NCBI GenBank assembly: GCA_000092065.1
Contig: CP000586.1
DNA from: Ostreococcus lucimarinus
Taxonomy: Eukaryota
DNA length: 64,000 bases
Direction: 5' to 3' (one strand)
The position numbers and the translations under genes were made by a program. Below the pieces are notes generated by a model. It was not told the origin of the DNA and ran no database searches. It saw only the letters and a program-made list of their open reading frames with translations. This document shows, in pieces, positions 51,101 to 60,435 of this stretch (positions within the stretch are counted from its first letter, which is position 1; each line of letters begins with the position of its first letter).

Positions 51101-54100
51101 CGCGATGGTGCCTCCGGGAGACGAAGAAATTCCTCTCGAGGAAAGCGCTTCGAGTGCGGTCGACTGTGCAACATTAGTTTTCGAACTGTTGCATGAAAAT
51201 CTCGAACGCGCTGGTGCGAATATGTCTCACCTGCTGCTCGGTTTTGACATCACGGGCGCATCGAGCGAAATCGAGGTTTCACCGTTCACTGAGTTCAACT
51301 GTTTGAGCGTCATACTCGAACTTCTTGAAGCAGCGCCACCGTCAATGCACGCGAGCGTCGTCTTGCCGTATCAAGCACCGGAGCTCGCGGCAGATCTTTT
51401 ACAGCGTTTGGCGACGTGCAAATCGACGGCGCCGCCTACCTTGGCTCTTCTCGAGCAATGGCCGCCGCACGCGCCAACGTTGGCGTTGTCTGATTTGCTC
51501 TCCGATGCGTTACGCACCGAGCTTCCAAAGGAGCCATCGAAGAGGCGATCGGTGATGCACCATCGCTCGAGCATTTTGCGCTTATGTGCAGAAGTTCTCG
51601 AGGTTGAGGCACCGCCAGCGAAGGGCCGAGTACCGGAAATGGCGCCAACGCTGGTGTTGGATATCATGAATGTGTTGTTGGACAACGGGCGCGAGGGTCT
51701 TGGTGCATACACACATGATCCCAACGTAGAGCACGGGCAGTTCGCTGTTCTGGAATTGCCGAAGAGCGTCACCCAATTGTCGGAGACGAGCACCGAGCTC
51801 GCACTTTTGGCGAGCTTTGGCGACGACGTGAATGAAATGAGAGAAGAGCTTTCGGCGACACAGCTTTTGGACGATTCCAGAAATGTCGCTGAAGGTGGTA
51901 TCATGACAACCAGTCGGCGGGGAGACAAGGTAATTGATGCAAGCGTCGTGAGAGCGAAGCTTCAGGCAGAGTGCAGGCGACTTGACTCTGAGTCGCACCA
52001 CATGCATGGTGTGAGACAAGACGCGATGGAATTCGTGAAGAGCCGTCGCGAGCGCGCAATCAACGCTACTTTGCGCATTGTCGAAGCTCGCAACAGTGTG
52101 ATCGAGGATGCCACGGCTAGATCCGAAATATTCCTCGCCTGGGAGAAGCTCGTCACTCTCGCAGTGTCCCGAGGTTTGTCCAGCATCGTGACCTATTTCG
52201 ATTTGCGAAACGCGTCTGTGACGACGGCGGCGGTTGACGACAGTCCCTTGAGCTCGCACAGCATTCTCTTCGAACTCGTTGATGGCATCTTAAGTGGCTT
52301 GTGTGAAGCCGAACCTTTTGGTGGTGGCTCTGACAGTGCCAAAGCGGCGCCGTTTTGTCGTCTGGTCCATGTCATTGTTTCACAGCTTCGTCAGCTTGGG
52401 GAACAGGATCGCGCGAAGGGCAACACGAGCGCCGTGCTTGCGCCGTCCAAGTGCCGAGCCTTGCTCCGTAGTCTGATTGCATCGATGCTCCATCGTACCC
52501 CCGTCCCTCAAGTGTCCCGTTTGGACATAATCAGCGCTTTACTAGACTATCTGGCATACTGCAGGCCTGACACTGACGGCGTCAGCCCAGTTACAAAGCA
52601 AGGTCAAGCCGTCGCCGGAACGAGCGTGGCGTTCTCGCAGGTGATGGACATTGATATCGAGAAGGGTAACGCCGCTATCATTCAACGCGATGCAACTGCG
52701 CTCGTTGATTTGATTTCGCGCGATGCCAAAGAAGGCTCGAATGACACGAAAGCGATTACCTTGGGGGCGCTCGAGGCCATGGTGGCGGTGTGTTCGGGCA
52801 CGGGCGTCGGCGGCATCGAAGTTTTGCTTTTGCAAAACGACATCGCAAAGTCGTGCTTGCGCGAATTAGAGTGTGTTTCGATGCCAGATTTGGTCTTGAA
52901 CACGCCGCGCGCTGCGGCGCATTCCAAAGCGATTGAAGCGTCGCTTTCTCTCTTGCTCCGAATGGCGCAAAGTGAACCGAGTCAAATGGTTGCTCTCGGT
53001 ACCCTCGTGTCGTTGACGCGCTGCCGCGCCATTGATGCGTATGCTGACATACACAGTGCGTCGGCAGCGACGGCGACCATGGCGGTCGATGCGCCGTTTT
53101 CAGATCTACCCATTCCGCGCGCGCGTCATCACAAGCTCTTGGTGAATGTGATTCGTCTCGTCGGTAGTCTTCTTGCCGCCGCGCCGCAACCAAAACCGGT
53201 GCCGTCGCCGACGCTCGGGCAATATCCGGGCGCTATCGTCGAAAGCGATGGCATCCCCGCGGTTATCTCTCAGACGCTTGAATTCGTAGAAGCTCACGCG
53301 GCGGTGATCCATCGCGTGCTTGCGGACCGAGCTTCGCGCCCACATCTCGCAGACTTGGCCGAGCTCGAAGCCACAGTGAACTTGGTGACGAGATTGCTCA
53401 AAGGTCCCGTCTTACCAGATCCAAAGCTGCGACTTCACGGCGCAATGGACGTGCTCACAATGACCGTATGTTCGGAGTCGAACAAATATGTAAAGTACGT
53501 GTCGAAGACGCTCGGAAAATCCTCCGCGGGCGACGACATGATGCTCGCGGCCTCCGATGACTTGCGCGCACTCGACGCCGCGGATCGCATGTGGAGGCGT
53601 TTCATCAGCATAAGAAGCATGATTCTCAGCGTACAACGCGTACTAGTCAATAAGGGTCTCACGAAGTTTACTTTTGCCGCTTCTGATGGCGTTGTTGGAG
53701 ACGAAAGACCGACGGTGCATTTATTCGGCACCGTCGTGATGCGCCTTTCGCTCGAGCTCAGCCAACTCGCCGATGCCAGGCGAGATGCGCTGAAATCGAT
53801 CGATCACTACAAAATTCTGCGCGATGGGAGCGTGACCGAATCCGACTTGCTCGCTCGAGTGGCGCTAGTCGAATCAGACATCCGCACAGTTGTCATCTCT
53901 ACGGAGAACGCTCTCGAGGTGCTGTACGCGCACCTTCAACCTCTAGTGTACAGTGGCGATGACGATAGCTTGGTCGCCCCTTCCATGGAACTGAACGGGG
54001 GTAAAACGCGAACGAGCGAGTTCGGTGTTTTGGCGTCGTTCATGCTCCCCGGGTTACATTCTCTCATCCAATTTGAGAAGTCCACGCTCGGTTTGGACAC

Positions 54101-54191
54101 GGAATTCATCAACATGCTCGCGAGGAGGGTGCGAGATTCACTGGAAACGAGTGACCCGACGGCGCACAGAAATCGATTTGGAATAGCCTAA
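48117..54191 (+). CDS. Very large (about 2020 aa) alpha-solenoid protein, probable nucleoporin Nup205/Nup192 family
   Basis: Single long intronless ORF. Helical-repeat composition. The local pattern MANILGYVQYKYNPEITYTALKILRVLCQRVEHIVALL resembles human NUP205 NIARYLYHGNTNPELAFESAKILCCISCNSNIQIKLV. Size fits Nup205. Start assumed at MSIFGAPSTP (48117); the ORF opens at 47994. Weak, motif-level evidence only. Confidence 0.4.
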   Translation: MSIFGAPSTPVAGASALFAPAVTTPANVGGTPRATDANGDDARRKSDGWSPASRYQNLLSSVRALEHGRASERDRERARRALRVNETRLREMTFFEGRNAGDAARVASGRATLSHGGEARLGELDVEHASAIAVALDLNEIVSVELMVGAIEHGAPADDVVPAAIGIYMRERAAALESLLAVLRCADGTAPLDGVMDEELKDYADGLLRDGALFARLVKLVTAPPPGGPFLVAPTVPTQHVGGPLALAGQQQQATTSSSSQERLLGPLDKLVDIRGRPILRQECVAHERRLVVECLFHSARVSTSLSSENAQALLVLAGRSAEAMRDLEKVAVEDMPTGYGTIFAAAAMFTPTLSGVEAAVPKTDLAKAVATTINSPNAPPLFSFVRFAWAILALDLGLSEAEEAIKESLKNDALEAIDLVLKTGVFQDDHTVARTQNLELVHIILSRYLHHNLRKTSLHRMLTDGTAVREPFVENGLTIEIDAAKPMADVCSVFAELYKQEPKLAKACAGLKSFLEISGDSEHSVGSLVKLLELCTTIAQTSEDARRIFELLQRSQGAANWDRLLGALIGYVQRFMSSPDDLIDAGEEFDPREGDPEMNEADAEGLRAYLAVFKAVMENAERAEAAHWLMWLEHRIGAALMDALLQLYINPVPLHLKAALLDAIGALCWDQNTAFDVWQLLDQAGILPNPMQTGLLQTATSQRSDVSYIYSMIETHEHKYESTTGWLRLIGKLLAMTRDIENGPCADGGSPSWFHTRFIRDRLLGELGTRVHVDQTERWVMARDCVDHLLFMLRLYEDTMISSFTVEDVDSASLDAPLAIGYGEPSSVLALRSAEHTRGDVERPSTPGADILTDFLTSGSTCQMVMNILSIGAESLSFERHARHGDALEDCVLGALQLLDYILSIDQRAVAKLRAKHKDAVFYRTLDEVLSADMTQMANILGYVQYKYNPEITYTALKILRVLCQRVEHIVALLPPASRAAIVEGCASCLELAFAMVPPGDEEIPLEESASSAVDCATLVFELLHENLERAGANMSHLLLGFDITGASSEIEVSPFTEFNCLSVILELLEAAPPSMHASVVLPYQAPELAADLLQRLATCKSTAPPTLALLEQWPPHAPTLALSDLLSDALRTELPKEPSKRRSVMHHRSSILRLCAEVLEVEAPPAKGRVPEMAPTLVLDIMNVLLDNGREGLGAYTHDPNVEHGQFAVLELPKSVTQLSETSTELALLASFGDDVNEMREELSATQLLDDSRNVAEGGIMTTSRRGDKVIDASVVRAKLQAECRRLDSESHHMHGVRQDAMEFVKSRRERAINATLRIVEARNSVIEDATARSEIFLAWEKLVTLAVSRGLSSIVTYFDLRNASVTTAAVDDSPLSSHSILFELVDGILSGLCEAEPFGGGSDSAKAAPFCRLVHVIVSQLRQLGEQDRAKGNTSAVLAPSKCRALLRSLIASMLHRTPVPQVSRLDIISALLDYLAYCRPDTDGVSPVTKQGQAVAGTSVAFSQVMDIDIEKGNAAIIQRDATALVDLISRDAKEGSNDTKAITLGALEAMVAVCSGTGVGGIEVLLLQNDIAKSCLRELECVSMPDLVLNTPRAAAHSKAIEASLSLLLRMAQSEPSQMVALGTLVSLTRCRAIDAYADIHSASAATATMAVDAPFSDLPIPRARHHKLLVNVIRLVGSLLAAAPQPKPVPSPTLGQYPGAIVESDGIPAVISQTLEFVEAHAAVIHRVLADRASRPHLADLAELEATVNLVTRLLKGPVLPDPKLRLHGAMDVLTMTVCSESNKYVKYVSKTLGKSSAGDDMMLAASDDLRALDAADRMWRRFISIRSMILSVQRVLVNKGLTKFTFAASDGVVGDERPTVHLFGTVVMRLSLELSQLADARRDALKSIDHYKILRDGSVTESDLLARVALVESDIRTVVISTENALEVLYAHLQPLVYSGDDDSLVAPSMELNGGKTRTSEFGVLASFMLPGLHSLIQFEKSTLGLDTEFINMLARRVRDSLETSDPTAHRNRFGIA

Positions 54192-54239
54192 AGATAGCCA
54201 TTTTGATACAATACAGCAGCTAGTTCTACAACGCACGTT

Positions 54240-55346
54240 CTACAGCGCATTATTGCCTTTAAACCTGTTCGAGTACTTCAACATGAAGGATTCGGCGGCG
54301 AGTCGACACCGCATCGGTTCGAGAGCCTTTTGCCCGCGCTCGTCGGCGTTTTTGCGCGTCAAGTACTCTATGACGGCTGGAGTGACTCGTTTTCGAACCC
54401 ACTTCATCACGGGCAGCACGACGTGTTGCTCGGCATCGTACGTGTTGTGCTCACACCCTTCTTGCACGAACAAATTCATGGACGCCGGTCGCGTCGGTTC
54501 GCCCTCGGCTCTGGCCTCGTTCGCCACGCGCATGGCCTCGAGTAAGTTTTGAGAATGCGAAAACGGAATCACGGTGTCTTTGTCTCCGTGCATCACCAGC
54601 ACTGGACATTCCACTTCCGCGAGGTTCTCCCGGTTATTCCACCTATCGGCGAGCAAGTAACTCGCCGTCGCGCCGATGTACCCGCTCGCGACGTCGCGAA
54701 TGGACGTGTACGGGCTCTGGAGCACCAAACCCGCGGGCGGTCCCCCCTGTGCGCACATCATTCGCGTGATCCAACACGCCGGTCCTGTGCCGATGGATCG
54801 ACCCATTATGATCATTCTCGACTGCGAAACGTTGAGATACTTTACGCAATACTTCACCGTAGCCTTGACGACGGCGTTGACGCTCTCCTCGTGCGCGACG
54901 CCTTCGGTGACGCCGTACCCTGGAAACTCCGGCACGATGACGTGTGCCTTCAGCCCGACCGCGATCTTCGTCGCCTCCATCGCGCAATCTCCCACATCGC
55001 ACGCGTTCCCGTGCGCGTACACCACGAAGTACTCTCCCGCGCACCTGTCGTCTCCGTTCGTCGCCCCCTTGGTTCGCATGATTCGCAGCGCGCACGTCGT
55101 CATCCCATCGCTCGTCCGTCCGTCCCCGACCGCGCTCGACCCTCCGCACGACGTGTGCGCCCTTCGTTCGCGAATCTCCAGCGCCACCAGCGTCCGTCTG
55201 TACGTCACGCTCGCGTCGATCGGATCCGCGACGTCGCCCGCGAACGGCGCGCCTCGCCAATCGTACGACGCCGCGCCCCCCTCGAGCGCCCTTCCCGGAA
55301 ACATCACCCATCGCACCGGATCCGCCCGCGCGCGCATCCACGTCAT
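54240..55346 (-). CDS. ABHD17/ABHD13-like alpha/beta-hydrolase (BEM46-like serine hydrolase)
   Basis: YFVVYAHGNACDVGD, nucleophile elbow IIMGRSIG, LVMHGDKDTVIPFSHSQNL, GCEHN: the ABHD17 catalytic-triad layout. Core start at MTWMRARADP (55346). The ORF continues to 55820 through an ATDATDATD repeat and a MDGWMDGWM tract encoded by microsatellites; that extension is uncertain. Confidence 0.55.
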   Translation of the reverse strand: MTWMRARADPVRWVMFPGRALEGGAASYDWRGAPFAGDVADPIDASVTYRRTLVALEIRERRAHTSCGGSSAVGDGRTSDGMTTCALRIMRTKGATNGDDRCAGEYFVVYAHGNACDVGDCAMEATKIAVGLKAHVIVPEFPGYGVTEGVAHEESVNAVVKATVKYCVKYLNVSQSRMIIMGRSIGTGPACWITRMMCAQGGPPAGLVLQSPYTSIRDVASGYIGATASYLLADRWNNRENLAEVECPVLVMHGDKDTVIPFSHSQNLLEAMRVANEARAEGEPTRPASMNLFVQEGCEHNTYDAEQHVVLPVMKWVRKRVTPAVIEYLTRKNADERGQKALEPMRCRLAAESFMLKYSNRFKGNNAL

Positions 55347-55580
55347 CGCCGATCCCGTCGCCGTCGCGATCGGCGCCGTCGCCGTCGCCGCGTCGTCGCC
55401 GCGTCTCGTCTCGCGTCTCGCGCCGTCGCGCGCGTCCCGCGTCGGCGCTCCGCGCGCGCGCGCGCGCCGATCGCGCGCGTCCGCGCCGTCGACGACGGCG
55501 CGCGCGCGCCGACGCGCGTCGTCGTCGTCGGCGCGTTGTCCCGTCGGCGGTCGCGACGCGAGCGCGCGCGCGCGCGTCGT

Positions 55581-55616
55581 CGCGTCCGTCGCGTCGGTCG
55601 CGTCGGTCGCGTCGGT
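55581..55616. repeat. Tandem 9-mer (CGCGTCGGT) x4
   Basis: cgcgtccgt cgcgtcggt cgcgtcggt cgcgtcggt read directly. Encodes ATDATDATD in the minus-strand ORF upstream of the ABHD17 core. Confidence 0.7.
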
Positions 55617-55753
55617 CGCGACGTCGACGCGCGCCGCTCGAACGCGCGCCATCGCGCGACGACGACGAGACGACGACGACGTCGTCGGACGCCGCGTCGG
55701 CGTGCGACGTCGGCGCGCGCGTCGCGCGCGCGTTCGTCGGTCGGTCGCGCTCG

Positions 55754-55790
55754 CCATCCATCCATCCATCCATCCGACCGACCGACCGAT
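55754..55790. repeat. Compound microsatellite (CCAT)4-(CCGA)3
   Basis: ccatccatccatccatccgaccgaccgaccgat read directly. Lies in the divergent region between the ABHD17-like and cold-shock genes. Confidence 0.85.
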
Positions 55791-56184
55791 CTCACACAAT
55801 ACCATCTCACAATACGACAAAGCTCACGTACTCTACGCCCACGAATACCAAAGAAGCGACGACGCGCACACGGAAACGCGCGCGGCACAGGACGCGCGCG
55901 CCCGCTCGTCGCGATTGCGCCGCGCGTCGACGCGCCGTCGCGCGCGATGGCGACGCGCGCGCGCGGGAAGGTGCGCGTGCGATGCGGATAAAAATGACGC
56001 GCGTCGTCGTCGACGCGGAGGACGCGGGACGCGCGAGACGACGACGCGAGATGCGCGCGATGGCGCGATTGACGTTGAAGCGCGCGATGGCGGACGCGCG
56101 CGAGGACGGACGACGACGGACGACGATGAGCGGACGCGCGACGGACGCGCGACGGCGAGGGCGGACGATTTGATCGCGCGCGCG

Positions 56185-56750
56185 ATGGCGCGTCGTCGCG
56201 TCGCGCGGCGATGGGAGGGGCGGAGGGGAGGGGTCGTCGATTCCGAGAAAGCGAAAGCTGACGCGATCGCGGGCGAACGTCTCGGAGGCGGGACTGACGC
56301 GCCGCTGCGCGCCGCGACTGCGCAGGTGAAGTGGTTCAACGCGACCAAGGGATTCGGGTTCATCATACCGCACGATGGAAGCGAAGAGATATTCGTGCAT
56401 CAAACGGGGATCTCGTGCGCGGGATTCCGGTCGGTGTGGGAGGTGAGGCTGGAGCGAAAACACCAACCGGCGCAACCGGCGCGCAGGGGCCCCTGGCGTT
56501 TCGCAATTTCGAAATGGAAATATGAACGGTGATCCCGACTGACGGTGGATGCGTTTACGCGCGCGCGCAGGGTGAGGAGGTTGAATACGATGTCGACGAC
56601 ACCGACTTCGCGCCCAAGGCGGTGAACGTGACTGGGCCGGATGGCGTCGCGGTGAAAGGGGCGCCGAGGCGACGGCATCGGAACCGGTTGACGAAGCAGA
56701 AGGCGAAGACCGATACCACGGAACCCACGATCGCGGAGAAAACGGATTGA
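56185..56750 (+). CDS. Cold-shock-domain protein, two exons: 56185..56442 and 56571..56750, intron 56443..56570
   Basis: Exon 1 ...AQVKWFNATKGFGFIIPHDGSEEIFVHQTGISCAGFRSVWE then GTGAGG. Exon 2 after CAG gives GEEVEYDVDDTDFAPKAVNVTGPDG plus a K/R-rich tail. The junction rebuilds the canonical CSD (GFRSL.EGQ.VEF). The N-terminal 45 aa are Arg-rich (possible targeting peptide or mis-called start). Confidence 0.7.
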
Positions 56751-57076
56751 GTGATCTGATCGAATCATGAAAATAGTTGTGCGCATCTCCGCGAGAGGAA
56801 ATTTGAATTGACGCATCGTGGCGACGCCCGCGGGGCGCGGCGATACCCGGCGCGTCGCCGGGCGCGCGCGCGCGTTTACGACTTCGACGAGACACCGGCT
56901 TAACCATTAGCACCACCCATGAACACCCTGGCCGTAGCGCCATTCTCGTCGTTAGCACCGCTGACGCGCTCCGTAGACGCTGCTCGGCGCATATAATAAG
57001 CAGAACACGCGTGACTCGACGACGCGATTTTCGCCTCGCGCCGACTGCGCGCGCGGAGCGAGCGGGACGCGACGTC

Positions 57077-58047
57077 ATGACACCACCACCCCAGTCTCGC
57101 GCGCGTCCCGAGCTCCCGTCGACCACACATCGGTCGATGGTAACCGACGAAGTCTTGCGCGAGTTATGCGAGCGTTTTAAGACCAACGGCTACGTCGTCG
57201 TGGAGGATTACCTCGATGATTACGTCGTACGGGCGTGTTTGAACGAATTCGAAACCGTGCTCAGGTGCGCCGACGCGCTGGGTCTACGACGCCGAAAACG
57301 CGTACAGCGACATCAAACTGACGCGTTCATCGCGGGCGCAGGGCGAGAGTCGGGAACGAGGGCGATGAAGATGCGCGTTTCGGTCGATTGGAGGCGCTCG
57401 GTTGCGTGGCGCAGGTGAACGCGCCGCGAGAGGCGGACGCGTACGACGCAAACGTGAACCATCGCGCTCGAGGGCGGTCGAGCGTGTGCGATGCCATCGT
57501 TTCCGAGACGCTGACTCGAAAAGGAGCGATAGGATCGATCGCGATCGCGCTCCTGGGTCACGACGATACGCGACTCTTCAACGACCAGTACGTCGCCAAG
57601 CCGCCGGCGAGAGCAGATTCGGCGCTTCGTGCGTCGTGCTTTGAGTGGCATCGCGACAGCCAGTGGTGTGATGACGGGGAAGATGGTTCAAACGTGCCGT
57701 ATTTGAGTTGTTGGGTCGCGTTGGATGACGTGAGCGAGGAGAACGGGACGCTGCGCATGTTGCCGTATCCGCCAGCGGCGAGCGAGGCGACGCATAGAGA
57801 ACGAGCGAGTGCGTACCCTCCGATGAGTGATTTGCCATCGCCTATGTCCGGAGACGCGTGCGAGGATTGTGGTCGATTGTTGACTATCCGTGCCGGCTCG
57901 GTGGTGTTCTTCAGCGACGTCGTCTTTCACTGCAGCGGCCCGAATCTTAGCGAGTCGATTCGTCGTGCGTGGATGCCGCAGTTTTCTGCGGGTCCCATCG
58001 TGCGCGCAGACGGCTCCCCGGTGAGTCTAGTCGCGCGAATAGAGTAG
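57077..58047 (+). CDS. Phytanoyl-CoA dioxygenase (PhyH)-family 2OG-Fe(II) oxygenase, probably two exons: 57077..57264 and 57342..58047
   Basis: N-terminal FKTNGYVVVEDYLDDYVVRACLNEFETVL. C-terminal LLGHDDTRLFNDQYVAKPP, WHRDSQW, LSCWVALDDVSEENGTLRMLP, GSVVFFSDVVFHCSGPNLSESIRRAW: the PhyH metal-binding layout. The two halves are in different frames. They are joined by a candidate 77-bp intron (CAG|GTGCGC ... GCGCAG|G). Confidence 0.6.
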
Positions 58048-58145
58048 CGTATATGTGTATTAGCTCATATTGATAGTCTAGAGTATTCGTTTAATCGTCT
58101 ATTTGGTATCGTCGTCATACAAAATTCAAATGCCGCCCTCGTTGA

Positions 58146-60266
58146 TCATGGCGATTTCCCCATATTATTCAACGCAGCTTGCTCGAGTCGTTTGCGATCC
58201 AGGGCGCGCTCTTTCTTCCCGCGCCGCTTAACCTTGGTGTGGTTCTTTCGTTTCTCGGTCTGCTCGTTCAGCGCTTCTTGCGCTTTCGCCGGCGTAGCGG
58301 GGGCATTGATCACGTGCGTGTCTGGTAATTCCGATCGGCGCATTTCTAATTCCGAACGCCCATGGAGTTTGGGCGGGACAGCCGGTGGTGGTCCTGGTGG
58401 CATTGGCGGTGATCCCGATCGCATGAGGTTTATCAACTGCTGAGACTTGCCCTTGTGCGGCGCGAAGTTCGGCATCGGCTGAGCGAACCCAGGAGAGAGC
58501 GCCGCGTGACCGCCTGGGACAGGGTGAGAACCGAAAAATTGCGGAGATGGCACCCGAGGGGGGTAACCATGCGGAGGCTGAATCATGGGAGGCATACCGG
58601 GTGGTGGTATTGGCACCGAATGCATCGGTGGATACAACACTGGAATCGGTTGCGCAGTCATCATCGGCGGCTGGTGCGCCCGGAGAGGTGGAGGAACGCC
58701 GTAAAGCGAAGCTTGAGGAATCGAAATCGGCACTTGCTGCGAACCCACGAGCGGTCGCGCGCGATCCTTACTCTTCGCCTTTTTCGTTTTCTTTTGAGCA
58801 CCGGTCACCTTACCATCACCTGTTGACTCGATTGCCAACATGGACACGTCCGGGATCTCGATCTCTGACTGTTGCTTTCTCCCTTCTCGCTTCTTGTCCT
58901 TTTGCTGTTTCGTCGCTGACGTCAGCGGCACCTCGCCAGATTCGATTTCCTTGGTCTGTGATGTTGGTTTCGGTTCCTTGACTATTTTCTGCTTGACTTT
59001 CTTATCCTTCACTCGGTTCTTCGCTGGTGGTTCTGGATCTTTCTTCTTCATACCGATCTGCTCCCATCCCCCTTCGTTGTCGGCGCCGCACGATTCTCGA
59101 CTCGCTGCAGCCGCTACTCGGCTCCTCTCAGCCTCCGCTTCTTCCGCCTTTCGAGCGCACTCGAGCGCCGCCTGCATTGCTATAGCGTCATCGCGCGCTT
59201 TCTGTCTCGCCGCCCGGCGCTGCGATGGCGAAGGTAACGGATCGTGCGCTTTCTTGGAGAATGGGTAATACAGTCTCGCCTTTTCGTCTCCGCGCGTGGG
59301 TTTGACCGCAAACGGACCAGACTTTGAGTTCTCATCTCGCACCATGTCGATCACCAGAACAGTTATGTCGTCTCTATTATCCTTTTGACTCTGGGCGAGC
59401 TTGTTCAGCGCCGTAGCCGCGTTCTGAACGTGCATCTTAGCCACACACGCCGACGCTTGCTTGGGCGTCGCTGCGTCCCACAACCCATCGCTCGCCAACA
59501 CCACCCTCGCTCCGTGGAAACGCTCGGGCACGACAACCATGCTCACCTCTGGCTCACTAATCACACCCCCTCGTTTTCCGTCTCTATCCCCGATCGAACG
59601 CGACACCGCGAGCCCACCCGGCCACACGCGCAACGGCCCGACGCCGACGCGTTCGCCATTCGGCCCGTCCTCGTACTCCGTCGGTCTAACTTCGCCGCCA
59701 GCCTCCTCGATCCGCTTCCGCTCGCTCTGCGACGTATCCAATCGATGTTCCGCGCTCAACCGCATCACCGGTATACCAGGCCCGAGATCGAGCGTCGCCA
59801 ACGAGTCCCCGACCGCCGCCGTCGTCACGCACCGCCCGCGAATGACGCAAATCGTCGCCGTCGCTCCACTGTGCACGTCTCGCGCCAAGAACGCCTCATC
59901 CACCGTGGCAAACGCTCTTTTCAACGCTTCCGGCAATCTTTGCTCGAACGCGTCGTCGGCGTCTTCGTGCTCCTCCAACGCTCCCGGCGCGTCCAGCGCC
60001 TCCGTCAGCGCCGATAAAAACGAATCCGCGCAGTGCTCCGCGCACGCCTTCCCACCGTGTCCATCGAACAGACCGAACATCGCAAACTCCACGCTCGCGT
60101 CGTTCGCGCCCTTCCCGCGTCGACCCGGCGTCCACAGCGCGCACACTTCGACGAGGTCGAAATCTTCACCCTTCTGCACCTTTCTCGAGTGCGCGATCGC
60201 GAGCGCGGGAAATCCCGCGCGATCGCCCGCCGCGGCGTCGCGCGGAACGTGCGTCGCGCCCACCAT
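58146..60266 (-). CDS. PP2C-family Ser/Thr protein phosphatase with long K/E- and Pro-rich C-terminal extension
   Basis: FGLFDGHGGKACAEHCADSF, AAVGDSLATLD, VLASDGLWD (PP2C motifs). Then a KKDKK-rich tail and a PPMPPGPPPAVPPK segment. 706 aa. Confidence 0.75.
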   Translation of the reverse strand: MVGATHVPRDAAAGDRAGFPALAIAHSRKVQKGEDFDLVEVCALWTPGRRGKGANDASVEFAMFGLFDGHGGKACAEHCADSFLSALTEALDAPGALEEHEDADDAFEQRLPEALKRAFATVDEAFLARDVHSGATATICVIRGRCVTTAAVGDSLATLDLGPGIPVMRLSAEHRLDTSQSERKRIEEAGGEVRPTEYEDGPNGERVGVGPLRVWPGGLAVSRSIGDRDGKRGGVISEPEVSMVVVPERFHGARVVLASDGLWDAATPKQASACVAKMHVQNAATALNKLAQSQKDNRDDITVLVIDMVRDENSKSGPFAVKPTRGDEKARLYYPFSKKAHDPLPSPSQRRAARQKARDDAIAMQAALECARKAEEAEAERSRVAAAASRESCGADNEGGWEQIGMKKKDPEPPAKNRVKDKKVKQKIVKEPKPTSQTKEIESGEVPLTSATKQQKDKKREGRKQQSEIEIPDVSMLAIESTGDGKVTGAQKKTKKAKSKDRARPLVGSQQVPISIPQASLYGVPPPLRAHQPPMMTAQPIPVLYPPMHSVPIPPPGMPPMIQPPHGYPPRVPSPQFFGSHPVPGGHAALSPGFAQPMPNFAPHKGKSQQLINLMRSGSPPMPPGPPPAVPPKLHGRSELEMRRSELPDTHVINAPATPAKAQEALNEQTEKRKNHTKVKRRGKKERALDRKRLEQAALNNMGKSP

Positions 60267-60435
60267 GACGGTCGACGCGCGCGACGACCGCGGCCGACGC
60301 GCGAGGCGCGGTCTGAGGCGCGGTCTGAGGCGCGGCGCGGCGACGAGGACGCCCGAGACCGAGTCGGCGACGACGCGGCGAAAGCGATGCGACGGACGCG
60401 CGCGCGCGACGCCGACGCGCGCGTTACAACCATGT

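Noticed and set aside
55807-57186. 459-aa minus ORF spanning the CSP and PhyH 5' region
   Set aside because: Arg/Ser/Pro-rich low complexity. It overlaps two supported plus-strand genes and an intergenic repeat region.
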